Source: a virus
Length of the DNA: 64,000 nt
IMG/VR virus record: IMGVR_UViG_3300047274_000223
Reading direction: 5' to 3' (one strand)
The position numbers and the translations under genes were made by a program. Below are positions 26,363 through 36,300 of this stretch, piece after piece; within the stretch, counting starts at the first letter, position 1, and each line of letters starts with the position of its first letter. The notes beneath the pieces are model-generated. The model was not told the origin of the DNA and searched no databases. It was given only the letters and a program-made list of their open reading frames with translations.

Positions 26363-27036
26363 TGTTTAATTTTGTTGATCTTCCTGTAACACTTTCCGAT
26401 ATTGAGTCTATTGATAGAGACGGACAACGATTCTATCCTGTACCAAACGGAAAGTTTTATCCTTCTATCACCACTGTCACCTCATTTAACAAAGCAGCAT
26501 TCTTTAAGGAGTGGAGACAAAGAGTTGGTGCTGAATTTGCAGACAGGAAGACAGCAAGAGCAACAGGAAGAGGTACTGAATTCCATAGTATTGTTGAACA
26601 TTATTTGAAAAATGAGCACTTTTCTTCTGATACTTTTAGGCCTCTTCCTTACACGCTATTTCAAGTTGCGAAACCTATTCTTGATCGCATTAATAATATT
26701 CATCTGCTTGAAGGGGCTCTATATTCCGATTATCTGGGTGTTGCTGGTAGGGTTGATTGTATTGCTGAGTTTGATGGGGATTTAGCAGTCATTGACTTCA
26801 AGACATCTGACAAGGAAAAGAAAGAAGAATGGATTGAAAACTATTTTGTACAGGCAACTGCTTATGCAGTTATGTTTTATGAATTGACTGGTATTCAACC
26901 AAAGAAGATTGTAATTATCATTGCAACTGAAGAAGGTCATTGTCAGGTGATTGAAAAAACAAACCTAGATTATTATTTTACATTATTAAAGGAGTATATT
27001 GATGCTTTTACTAGGAGTACCGTTGATGCAGAATGA
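26362..27036 (+). CDS. PD-(D/E)XK exonuclease (Cas4/RecB-like)
   Basis: YPSITTV, RGTEFH, AGRVDCI, IDFKTS, QATAYA. Confidence 0.88.
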   Translation: MFNFVDLPVTLSDIESIDRDGQRFYPVPNGKFYPSITTVTSFNKAAFFKEWRQRVGAEFADRKTARATGRGTEFHSIVEHYLKNEHFSSDTFRPLPYTLFQVAKPILDRINNIHLLEGALYSDYLGVAGRVDCIAEFDGDLAVIDFKTSDKEKKEEWIENYFVQATAYAVMFYELTGIQPKKIVIIIATEEGHCQVIEKTNLDYYFTLLKEYIDAFTRSTVDAE

Positions 27037-27277
27037 ATCCACAGAAGATAAATTTTTGACCGCGGCCAAGTTCTCTGAAAAGATTGAACGATTGGTCAAA
27101 GAATCTGGTGGATTAGTTAATTACATTGAGGCAATAGTTACATATTGCGATGAGAATCAAATTGAATACGAAACCGTATCCAAATTAATCTCTAAACCAT
27201 TAAAAGAAAAATTAAAGTATCAGGCACAGAGTCTGAACTATATGAAGAAAACCTCTAGAGGAATCTTACCGTTATGA
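27026..27277 (+). CDS. gp33: Late transcription coactivator (T4 gp33)
   Basis: FSEKIE...NYIEAIV.YC...ISKPLKEKL; position between exonuclease and gp59. Confidence 0.88.
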   Translation: MQNESTEDKFLTAAKFSEKIERLVKESGGLVNYIEAIVTYCDENQIEYETVSKLISKPLKEKLKYQAQSLNYMKKTSRGILPL

Positions 27278-27885
27278 CTGGGTTTGAAGTTTATCAGATG
27301 TATCTGTCTCTTAAACTTCACTTCACTAAAGATGACTACGATTACTTTAGATTCAATGGAAAAACTAGAGCAAGTCAAGCGTCATTCGAGAAACGGAATG
27401 ACGCTTATTTTTTTAAGAAGCTTGCATCTAAGTATGACCATGCTAGAATTGAAGAGTATTTCGTGTCGAACTTTGTAAGTGACAACAAGGGATACATCAA
27501 GGACATCATTCGTCCTTCGGGTGAAACCATCTATGCTGAATGGAAAAAGAAACAAGAGAGTTTCCTATATAATTTTAGGGAAGAAATTAGTAGTCTATTA
27601 GACAATATTGAAAGTCCCTATGAGGAAAACTTTGATCAGTTATTTGCCTGTTCAAAGGGTCGTCATCCAATCATCCTTACGTCCTATTTGAGGAAAGAGA
27701 TAAGTGTAGAGACCTTAATTATTTTTGAGAATTGTCTGGGATATGTTAAAAGAATCGATAAAACGTTAACAGATCCAGTTTGGAAACAAGTTAGAACTCA
27801 AGTAATAAAGTATGCTCCCTTTCTAAAGATTGATTGTAAGCGATATAAGTCAATCATATTAAGAATAGTTAGAGAGAAAGTATGA
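27274..27885 (+). CDS. gp59: Helicase loader (T4 gp59)
   Basis: YLSLKLHF...YDYF...YFFKKLA...ISVETL. Confidence 0.88.
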   Translation: MTGFEVYQMYLSLKLHFTKDDYDYFRFNGKTRASQASFEKRNDAYFFKKLASKYDHARIEEYFVSNFVSDNKGYIKDIIRPSGETIYAEWKKKQESFLYNFREEISSLLDNIESPYEENFDQLFACSKGRHPIILTSYLRKEISVETLIIFENCLGYVKRIDKTLTDPVWKQVRTQVIKYAPFLKIDCKRYKSIILRIVREKV

Positions 27886-28214
27886 GCTTTTTTAATTCTG
27901 AAATCGTTCAGGAACAACTACAATCAATCTACGACACCTATGTAGATTTACAAAAAGCAGCAGAAGCAATCGGAGATATGCCTAAGGATAAGGCTATCAA
28001 ACATATCAACAAGACTAAACAACTTATCGAAAAGCAGAAACTCTTTTATACAAGACTTCAACTATCTTCCATGGAAGATGAGGATGCTGCTGATATGAAG
28101 CATCGCATCGATTTAATTACAAATATGTTCGGGTACAACACCCTGTCCGAGTCCCTGGACTCCATGACGGTCTACCTGGACAACGTGCTGGCCTCCCTTG
28201 ACAGGGGCGACTAA
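27882..28214 (+). CDS. Conserved hypothetical protein (DUF1825-like)
   Basis: MSFFNSEIVQE...LIEKQKLFYTRLQLS. Confidence 0.7.
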   Translation: MSFFNSEIVQEQLQSIYDTYVDLQKAAEAIGDMPKDKAIKHINKTKQLIEKQKLFYTRLQLSSMEDEDAADMKHRIDLITNMFGYNTLSESLDSMTVYLDNVLASLDRGD

Positions 28215-28226
28215 ATAGGTTATGAT
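28198..28226 (+). promoter_or_regulatory. gp32 early promoter with embedded late promoter
   Basis: TTGACA-N17-TATGAT; TAAATA within the spacer. Confidence 0.8.
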
Positions 28227-28294
28227 ATGATGGTTCGGGTGAGGGGGTAACGCCCCACCAATCCAAACAAATACAACAAATACGGAGAATACAA

Positions 28295-29245
28295 ATGTCT
28301 TTTGCAACCCTCAAGAAGCAGTCTAACTCTGTCTTCGAGAAACTGACTAAGGAAGTCGAGAAGATTTCCAATCCTGAATCTGGTTCTAGTGGAGATGAAC
28401 GTCTCTGGAAACCTGAAATGGATAAGTCGGGTAATGGTTATGCAGTTATTCGATTCCTACCTGCACCTGAAGGTGAAGATCTGCCCTGGGCAAAGGTTTG
28501 GAGTCATGCGTTCCAAGGTCCTGGTGGATGGTATATTGAGAACAGTCTGACTACTCTCAATAAGAAGGACCCTGTTGGTGAAATGAATCGCCAACTGTGG
28601 AACAGTGGAAGTGATGCCGATAAAGAAATTGCTCGTAAACAAAAGCGTAAACTGAGCTACTATGCTAACATCTATGTTGTGGAAGATCCAGCACATCCCG
28701 AGAATGAAGGACGAGTCTTCCTCTATAAGTTTGGCAAGAAAATCTTTGATAAAATTATGGCAGCAATGCAACCAGAATTCAAAGATGAAACTCCCATCAA
28801 CCCCTTCGACTTCTGGCAAGGAGCAGACTTCAAAGTAAAGATCCGCAAGGTTGATGGTTACTGGAACTACGACAAGTCCGAGTTCTCTCGCCCTGGTACT
28901 CTTGGTAACATGAGTGATGATGAACTGGAAGCAGTGTGGAAGAAGCAGTATTCTCTGACTGAGTTTACTGATGAGAAAAACTTCAAGACCTTTGAGGAAC
29001 TTGAAGCACGTCTGAACACTGTACTCAATACCCGTGCTCCTGCTCGTCGTGTTGATCAGGAGACTGAAGAGGATGAGATCGTGTCCCGTCCTGCTGCTGC
29101 TCCTTCTAGTTGGAATGAAGAGGTTAGTTCCTTCCGTTCCTCTATGAGTTCTTCTGCTCCTGCTCCCGCACCTTCTCTTCCTACCTTCAGTGAAGATGAG
29201 GATGATGACCTGAGTTATTTCGCTCGTCTGGCCGAAGAAGACTGA
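28295..29245 (+). CDS. gp32: Single-stranded DNA-binding protein (T4 gp32)
   Basis: DERLWKP...GNGYAVIRFLP...GWYIENSLTT...KFGKKIFDKI...NYDKSEF; acidic tail DDDLSYFARLAEED. Confidence 0.96.
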   Translation: MSFATLKKQSNSVFEKLTKEVEKISNPESGSSGDERLWKPEMDKSGNGYAVIRFLPAPEGEDLPWAKVWSHAFQGPGGWYIENSLTTLNKKDPVGEMNRQLWNSGSDADKEIARKQKRKLSYYANIYVVEDPAHPENEGRVFLYKFGKKIFDKIMAAMQPEFKDETPINPFDFWQGADFKVKIRKVDGYWNYDKSEFSRPGTLGNMSDDELEAVWKKQYSLTEFTDEKNFKTFEELEARLNTVLNTRAPARRVDQETEEDEIVSRPAAAPSSWNEEVSSFRSSMSSSAPAPAPSLPTFSEDEDDDLSYFARLAEED

Positions 29246-29292
29246 CAAAAAATCGCCCAGTAAAATAGGCGAAGGAATTGTTAAGAATTGTT

Positions 29293-29317
29293 AAAGAGGG
29301 TTAACGCCCTCTTTTTT
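29293..29317. terminator. Bidirectional terminator between convergent genes
   Basis: AAAGAGGG-TTAACG-CCCTCTTT plus T run. Confidence 0.8.
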
Positions 29318-30005
29318 ATTCTAGTTGTGGATCTCCTTCTATATCTAGAACTTTAACATAGTAGAACTCATCATCGTCACCACTCTTCTTGGTATCATCA
29401 TTGATGGAATCTTCACTAAATTTGTATGATAAGAGTTTCTCCATCTCATTAATGAAACGATTTACCACGGCTGGATCTAGTAGATAGATTTGTCTCTTTG
29501 CTTCATTCTTTTCGTATTCATACTCATAGTTGGATACTGGTCTTACTAATTGATTACCCGAAATTCTCTGTCCATCTGGCCTTAGAACTGAGTAGGTTCT
29601 TTCAACAATTAAACCAGGTTTTACAATCTTCACACCATTAAAAATGACTTCTTTTGTTTCCCAATGGTGATTATCGGATAGTCTAGTTCCGTACTTTCTT
29701 CTGAGCAAATCTTGGAACTCTGACTGCGATAGAGGCCAGTCGGTATATACATTTGTGATATTATTTACTAGTAAAATTATCCACTCATATTCTGGAGTTT
29801 TATAAATTCTCTGTGATACTTGATATGGTTTCTCATCTCCTGGAACAGTATACCTTTCAAAAGACATGAATGATTTGATCTTTGTAAAGTCTGCTTTAAT
29901 TCGCCTAAAGAAATTTTTCATCAGGACGTATTCCTGATCAAAAGTGTCTTTTGAACCAGGGAATCCAACTCTTACGTTTGGTACGATTGAAAAATAGTTT
30001 GCCAT
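29316..30005 (-). CDS. gp53: Baseplate wedge subunit (T4 gp53)
   Basis: MANYFS...KNFFRRI...EKPYQVSQRIY...WIILLVNNI...WPLSQ; start at 30005. Confidence 0.85.
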   Translation of the reverse strand: MANYFSIVPNVRVGFPGSKDTFDQEYVLMKNFFRRIKADFTKIKSFMSFERYTVPGDEKPYQVSQRIYKTPEYEWIILLVNNITNVYTDWPLSQSEFQDLLRRKYGTRLSDNHHWETKEVIFNGVKIVKPGLIVERTYSVLRPDGQRISGNQLVRPVSNYEYEYEKNEAKRQIYLLDPAVVNRFINEMEKLLSYKFSEDSINDDTKKSGDDDEFYYVKVLDIEGDPQLE

Positions 30006-30006
30006 A

Positions 30007-31032
30007 TTAGTAACCGTTAGCTGCGTCTTCTGCTGTAATATATGATGTTTCTTTGAATGAACAGTCAATTTGAACTGCAGGGACCAGTCCATCACTAGTT
30101 GAAACATACTGACCATCTGGTGTATAACTTACGTTTAATGATTCCAAAATGCAATCTTTAAACTTGTAGATGTTATTACCAAGAGTTCCTCCACTAGTAA
30201 AACCATTATTATTATAGTTTACTCTCACAATATCAATTCTAAATCTATTTGGGACAGTGAGATAACGTGCTCCGCTACCATTTCCAAATGGTACAGCACC
30301 CGCTGCTTGAGCATTTGTCGCTGGTGCAGCAGCTGCTTGCCCTGCTGCATTTTCTGGGGTGAGTGAACTATCACTATAGTTTGGAAGCATATTCACTTTG
30401 AAGAACTTAATGATGTTGTTAATGTTCTGCGCTTCAATTCTATTTCTTGCCACCATCTTCCACTGGAATGGGTGAGATCTAAAACCAATACCTTGGAAGA
30501 TCATTTCCTCAAATGGGTTGAAAATTTTTCCTTGTGCAGCTGCAGATAGTTGACTTCCAGTTGCTCCTCCAGCAAGACCAATTGTGTTACCTAAATCAGA
30601 AGCACCTTTGGCAATAGTGTTAAACAATGCTTCTGGCGTAGCATCTCCAGCAGCTGCTTGAATTTCACCAACAACTGCTGTACCAGATTTCCCCAACCCT
30701 TCTGCTGCTAGTTTACCAGTTACTCCAAATGCAACGTTGCTGTAGGTTACGCCATAACTTGAAGCAACATTTTGAGGCATGTATAAAAATACACTATCAC
30801 CTAGTTTAACTTTATCTTCAATTCCCTTTGCACCTGCTGCACCTACAGATTGACCTGCATTTGATAAGACTGCTCCTTTATTGTAGTTAATGCTAACAGC
30901 AGTGATCTTTAAAAAATCAATGTACTCCGTTGGGAATGCTGATCCAGTATTAAAAAGAGTACCCAATCCCATCAATCCTGCATCAGAGGATCCTGTTACT
31001 GGTGGTTGTGATGGATAGTAAAAATTTGCCAT
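30007..31032 (-). CDS. gp48: Baseplate tail-tube cap (T4 gp48)
   Basis: LYMPQ, IFNPFEEMIFQGIGFRSHPF.WKM, CILESLNVSYTPDG. Confidence 0.85.
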   Translation of the reverse strand: MANFYYPSQPPVTGSSDAGLMGLGTLFNTGSAFPTEYIDFLKITAVSINYNKGAVLSNAGQSVGAAGAKGIEDKVKLGDSVFLYMPQNVASSYGVTYSNVAFGVTGKLAAEGLGKSGTAVVGEIQAAAGDATPEALFNTIAKGASDLGNTIGLAGGATGSQLSAAAQGKIFNPFEEMIFQGIGFRSHPFQWKMVARNRIEAQNINNIIKFFKVNMLPNYSDSSLTPENAAGQAAAAPATNAQAAGAVPFGNGSGARYLTVPNRFRIDIVRVNYNNNGFTSGGTLGNNIYKFKDCILESLNVSYTPDGQYVSTSDGLVPAVQIDCSFKETSYITAEDAANGY

Positions 31033-31033
31033 C

Positions 31034-31468
31034 TTATACCTTTAATTCGTTTTCTGTGAGTATAATGAATTCCCATTGTCTATCATGACAAAATTCTCTT
31101 GCTGCCTCCCATTTTGCTTGGTTGACTGCATAGGTCATAACCTCAGTGATGTAACGTTTCGTCTTACGCTGTTGTGGTTTAGGGCCATCAACTTGATATT
31201 TTGGTTTCACTTCAACTAAGAACTTTTTCACTTGGTTAGTTTTTGTTCTTACCTTAATGAAGAAGTCTGGAAAGTAACGATGACGTTTCCCATCGACGGG
31301 AGAGATGTATGGTATAATTAATTCTTCACTACCCCACTGCAAAACATTATCATTGGCATCACAGTATTTCATAAATTTTAGTTCCCAGGATGATCTAAAA
31401 ACTATATTATTTGGATCACCTAAATATTTTTTCGGTTTCTGTGGGGTATACTTACCTTTATAGGTCAT
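31034..31468 (-). CDS. gp4: Head completion nuclease (T4 gp4)
   Basis: YKGKY.P..PKKY.GDP..I.FRSSWE, WGSEE, RYFPDF, EVKP, NQAKW. Confidence 0.92.
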   Translation of the reverse strand: MTYKGKYTPQKPKKYLGDPNNIVFRSSWELKFMKYCDANDNVLQWGSEELIIPYISPVDGKRHRYFPDFFIKVRTKTNQVKKFLVEVKPKYQVDGPKPQQRKTKRYITEVMTYAVNQAKWEAAREFCHDRQWEFIILTENELKV

Positions 31469-31495
31469 AAATAATCATGAGCATACTTTTATTTA
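31468..31495. promoter_or_regulatory. Back-to-back late promoters
   Basis: TAAATA on + at 31468-31473 and on - at 31490-31495 between divergent structural operons. Confidence 0.75.
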
Positions 31496-31504
31496 TCTAA
31501 AAAC

Positions 31505-32347
31505 ATGCCAGTTTCAGTAACAGGACTATCTGGTGCTAATAGCTATCAAGGATTCAGAAGCCTTGCTGGAAGAGAAACACCATCATTTAATAACCTATAT
31601 TGGATAAGGTTTAGAACTAAACCAAATGCATTACCCGCAGGTTATTTTAATGACTTTTTTGTGAATGGAAATACTTCTGGACCTGGACATGATAAGTCTA
31701 GATTACTGACATACTATGCTACTGATGTAACAATTCCTAGCAGACAGATTACAACTGGAGAGATTAAATCTGTTGGATCTATGTGGAGATATCCAACCTC
31801 AACCACCTTCAGTGAGATTAGTATTCAGTTCATTGTATCGAGAACATACAAGACTAGAACTTTGTTTGAGAGATGGATGAACTATGCTGCCAACGATGCT
31901 AGTCAGAGAGTATCATGGTACGATGATATCGTTACTTCTTATATCGATATCTTTAAGTATGAAAGGGGTGGACAGATTCCGTATGATGCGAATGCAATAA
32001 CTTCATTAGTAAATCCATCTCAATTTAATGTATCAACTACCAGTTGGAACAAGATGGTGGGATGCTGGACAATGAAGAATGCATTCCCATTTAACATTAG
32101 TAACATGCAACTTCAGGCTGGGCCCGCAAACTATATGACGATGGAAGTGTCCTTCTATTTTGAAAGGTATAGATTCTTTAAACCTACAAATGAAGGTAAG
32201 GAATACACTGCTGTCAATCTTGGTTCTGTGGGAACTAATGCTTCTCAGGCTGCACAAGCACAAGCAAATACTCAGCAACCTGGTCCAGGGGGACAGACTC
32301 AAACCATCACAGCCAACTCAAATGGAAACGTCACAACTGGTCCATAA
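31505..32347 (+). CDS. Tail-tube initiator-like protein (gp54/gp19 fold)
   Basis: DVTIPSRQI...YPTSTTFSEISIQF...FERWMN...NAFPFNISNMQL; position before gp26. Confidence 0.6.
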   Translation: MPVSVTGLSGANSYQGFRSLAGRETPSFNNLYWIRFRTKPNALPAGYFNDFFVNGNTSGPGHDKSRLLTYYATDVTIPSRQITTGEIKSVGSMWRYPTSTTFSEISIQFIVSRTYKTRTLFERWMNYAANDASQRVSWYDDIVTSYIDIFKYERGGQIPYDANAITSLVNPSQFNVSTTSWNKMVGCWTMKNAFPFNISNMQLQAGPANYMTMEVSFYFERYRFFKPTNEGKEYTAVNLGSVGTNASQAAQAQANTQQPGPGGQTQTITANSNGNVTTGP

Positions 32348-32391
32348 ACATAGATAAATAATTTTATCGATATTATTACTTTGGAGTAATT

Positions 32392-33105
32392 ATGCCTTTA
32401 CCTAAATTAGTGGTTCCTGAATATGAATTGGAATTACCATCTTCAAAAGAAACTGTCAAGTATCGTCCCTTTCTAGTTAAGGAAGAGAAACTTCTTCTTA
32501 CTGCCATGCAACTCGGTGAAGAGAAGGATATGATGAATGCAGTTAAAACTATTATTAAAAACTGTACCAATCTCAAGTCTAGAGTTGAAGAACTTTCGAC
32601 CTTTGATATTGAATATGTGTTCCTAAAGATTCGTTCGAAGTCTGTCGGTGAAGTTTCTAAGGTTATGGTAACTTGCCCTGATGATGGTGAGACTGAGGTT
32701 GAAGTTGAAATTGATCTGGAAGAAATTGAAGTTAAGTTCCCAGCAGATCATACCAACAAGATTGAATTGACCGATGATGTTGGTGTGATTATGAAGTATC
32801 CCTCTCTTGATACTTTCATTAAACTCAATTTTGCTGGTGAAGATATTACTGTAGAGAATATGTTTGACCTTTCTGTTCAATGTATGAGTCAGATTTATGA
32901 AGGTGAAGACATTCATGACTGCCGTACATATTCCAAGAAAGAACTGATGGACTTCTTGGAGAGTCTAAAGAGCGATCAGTTCCAGAAACTACAGAACTTC
33001 TTTATGACGATGCCAAAACTAGAGCATGATATTGAGATTGAGAATCCTAAGACCAAAGTGAAGTCTACTGTTAAATTAGAAGGATTAGGAAGTTTTTTCG
33101 CGTAG
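32392..33105 (+). CDS. gp26: Baseplate hub assembly protein (T4 gp26)
   Basis: MPLPKL..P.YELELPS...YRPFLVKEEK...FDIEYVFLKIRSKSVGE...LEGLGSFFA. Confidence 0.88.
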   Translation: MPLPKLVVPEYELELPSSKETVKYRPFLVKEEKLLLTAMQLGEEKDMMNAVKTIIKNCTNLKSRVEELSTFDIEYVFLKIRSKSVGEVSKVMVTCPDDGETEVEVEIDLEEIEVKFPADHTNKIELTDDVGVIMKYPSLDTFIKLNFAGEDITVENMFDLSVQCMSQIYEGEDIHDCRTYSKKELMDFLESLKSDQFQKLQNFFMTMPKLEHDIEIENPKTKVKSTVKLEGLGSFFA

Positions 33106-33308
33106 CCCTTCTACATTCGACACTAGAGAATCACCTGGAGACTAACTTTGCATTAATGCATTATCATAAGTGGTCTTATTCGGATTTAGAAAATATGGTG
33201 CCTTGGGAAAAACAATTTTATGTTGATAAACTTCTTGGACATCTTAAACAAGAGGAAGAGAGGTATAAGAAACAACAACAGACAACACAAGGTAGGACAA
33301 GTCTATAA
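33093..33308 (+). CDS. gp51: Baseplate hub assembly catalyst (gp51-like); -1 frame ORF, first ATG at 33156
   Basis: Hand-translated FFRVALLHSTLENHLETNFALMHYHKWSYSDLENMVPWEKQFYVDKLL...; not in ORF track; TAATG-coupled to next gene. Confidence 0.7.
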   Translation, partial: FFRVALLHSTLENHLETNFALMHYHKWSYSDLENMVPWEKQFYVDKLLGHLKQEEERYKKQQQTTQGRTSL

Positions 33309-36300
33309 TGTCTATTAGTGCCATTAAACCATATAAGTTTGTAAATCCAAATATGATCACTGGTGGGTTGTCTGCCAGAGTGAAAAAGGATGGCGAGAAG
33401 GGTGGTGCTACAATCATTGCTGCTGGTAAGAAGATTACTGGTCCAAAAGAAGAGGGCCCAGCAGCAGTAAAGGCTGGACGTACCACCCTTTTAGCATTCA
33501 ATAGAATAGGTTTTACACTATATTCAATCGGCAAGGCACAAAGTTCTTGGGCAAAACTGGTTGTCGGTGAAGGCAAACTAATCAAAGAAAATACAGCATT
33601 TCGTAGAAGAAAGAAGCAATATCTAAGAGATCAAGAAGCAGAAGCAAAACAAGAATCTTCTCCTGGTTTAAAACCAATCAAGGAAGAAGGTAAGAAGGCT
33701 GTTGATAAGAAGGAAAAGAAAGAACAGTCTTGGTTAGAAAAATTATTTGCTCCCTTTAGGGGACTGATTGAATTTGCTCTGAGGATAGCAATCACTCAGG
33801 GAGTTTTGAGATGGGTTGCAGATCCAAAGAATTACGATAAGATACAGGTATTTGTTGATAACGCTGCAAAAGTATTCAACTTCCTGTTTAATATTGCATA
33901 CAAGTCTATTGACTTTTTCCTGACAGGTGTATCTAACGTTTTAGGTAACGGGGAAGCGCAGGGATTTGATAGATTCAAACAGGTGATGACTGGTTTAGGC
34001 CAGATCTTAATTGGTATTGCGGGATTTAAAGCACTAAGTTATCTCAATCCATTTAATCTGGTTGGGGATCTTTTAAAATTAATTGATTGGTTCTCTGGTA
34101 ATACTGGTGCTCAGGAGGTACTACCTCAGGGTGATATTTCAGATGGCAAACCAGATGCTCCTGGAGCAAAACCAAAACCAAGAGCAGCAACACAAAAGAT
34201 TGCCGAGAAGTATGGTGATGATGCTGCAAAGTATTATGATGATCTTATCAGCAGAGGTAAGTCTCCTGTACAAGCACTCCAAACAGTAAGAGGCAAGTTT
34301 AAACCAATTCCACCTAAACCAAAAGGTGCTTTAGCAAAGATTGGTGATAAGTTCGCTGACATGAAGAAAGGATTCATGGGAGGACTTGAATCTGGAAAGA
34401 AAGGATTGCTTGCTGGGTGGGAGAATGTAAAGAAGATTGGTGGTAGTATTAGTAAGAGCGTTAGAGATAAACTGGCAAGGTCTGCTGAGTGGGCTAAGAA
34501 AGGAGTTACAGATAAACTAAAACCAATTGCTAAGGGTGCTTACGACATCCTAGAGAAGAAAGGTATTGTTAAGAATGTCAAGAAACTTGGTGTCGTAGCA
34601 AAGGAAAGTATCCAAAAAGTTCCTGGATACAGCAAGGTAATGAAGAAGGTGTCCGAGGAAGGCGGACAGGCCATGCTGAAGAAGATAGGTGGGAAAGCAA
34701 TTCCAGTTATCGGTGGACTTGTAAATCTATACTTTGCTTATGATAGACTTAAGAGTGGTGATAAGTCTGGTGCTGCACTAGAAGCACTGTCTGCTATCTT
34801 AGATCTATCTGGATTGTTTGGATTTGCACCAGGACCAGCACTCTCGATGGCACTGGATGCGTATCTATTTGGTAGAGATTTCTTCCCTGATGTTGTCAAG
34901 AAAGAGAATGAATACCTTGATAAGATGATCAACGGAATTCTTGCTCCTATCAAGTCTATTCAGGACATGCTACCTAAGATTCCTATGCTTGCTGAAGGTG
35001 GCATTATCAAAAAACCAACTTTAGCAGTCTTGGGTGAAAGAGGTCCTGAAGCAGTTGTACCTTTGGATGGAAGTCGATCTTCCTCAGATCAACTTGCGGC
35101 AACAATAATATCATCTATCCAAGGATCTATGGATAGGATGGGCCCAGGAGGAGAGGTTGCTAAGCAACTTCTTGCTGGACAATTGGGTGGTATTAAGAAT
35201 TCTCTTGGTGTTGGTAATGTATTATCTGTTGGCGGCGGAGAATCTATTTCGAAAACAGTTTCTATTGCACAACAGAGATCTGGTAAGGATACTACTATAG
35301 ATCCAGCAGAAATTCTAGTTGGAACTAAAAATCCTTCCTTTGGTATTGGTCAGACTAGTAACACCATGGATAATCTTCGTGGAGCACTTGCAAATGTTCT
35401 TGGTGTCTTTGCAGCAATAACAACAAAGAACTTTGATGTTGGTGGTAGTTCGACTATTTCTGGACCTCCTGGCGAAAATGATTCTAATACTGGTGGAGAC
35501 GTTGATACTTCTGGAGTAGAGGCAGCATCTGGTTCTGTAGTAGATAAAGGTGTAGCAATTGCCAAAAAGTTCATGTCTAATCTTAGCATGACAAAAGAGG
35601 CCGCTGCTGCTATTGCGGGTAACTTTGCACATGAATCTGGTGGATTTATTCCTGGTATTCGTGAAGGTGGTCCCTTTGGTAGAAGTTCTAAACCTTGGCC
35701 AAAAGGTACTGTTAGAAGGGGATATGGATGGGCTCAATGGACTAACTCAGTTCCTGGTGATAGGTATGATAAGTTTATTGAAAGTTATGGCGGCGATTAT
35801 AATAAAATACCTACAAATGAGGATAATTTGAAATTTGCAGTCCAAGAGATGAGGACTACAAATAAACTACCAGATAGATTTAAGAAGATGACTGATACTG
35901 CGAAAGCAGCAGTATGGTTTAGAGCAAACTGGGAAAGAGCGGGTGTCCATCACGATGGTCCAAGAATTTCATATGCTAAGGGAATCTTGGCTAAGATGGC
36001 TCAAGGTGGAAGTATCAATTCACCAGAAAAGGACAGGAAGAAACCAGGAAGAGATACCGATGCTGGTGTTGGTAATAAAATTTATCAAAGAACTACCTCT
36101 CAATTAAAAGGAGAAGCAATCGGTGGTGTTGTTAAACTATATGCTAATGGTGGAAAATTTCAAAATGGAAAAATACCAGAATCTCAACTGACTAATATTG
36201 GACGAGGCCATAAGGTTAGATCTGGTGAAGTTGCCGATTCTGTTAAGTCTATGATCGACGCGGCAAAGAAAGACAAGGTTGATCTTGTTTCTGGAATAAC

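Noticed and set aside
28457-29248. 263-aa minus-strand ORF
   Set aside because: Exact antisense shadow of gp32; no RBS, promoter or recognisable motif
29316-30116. Longer start for gp53 at 30116
   Set aside because: Overlaps gp48; MANYFS at 30005 directly follows the gp48 stop and matches the family start
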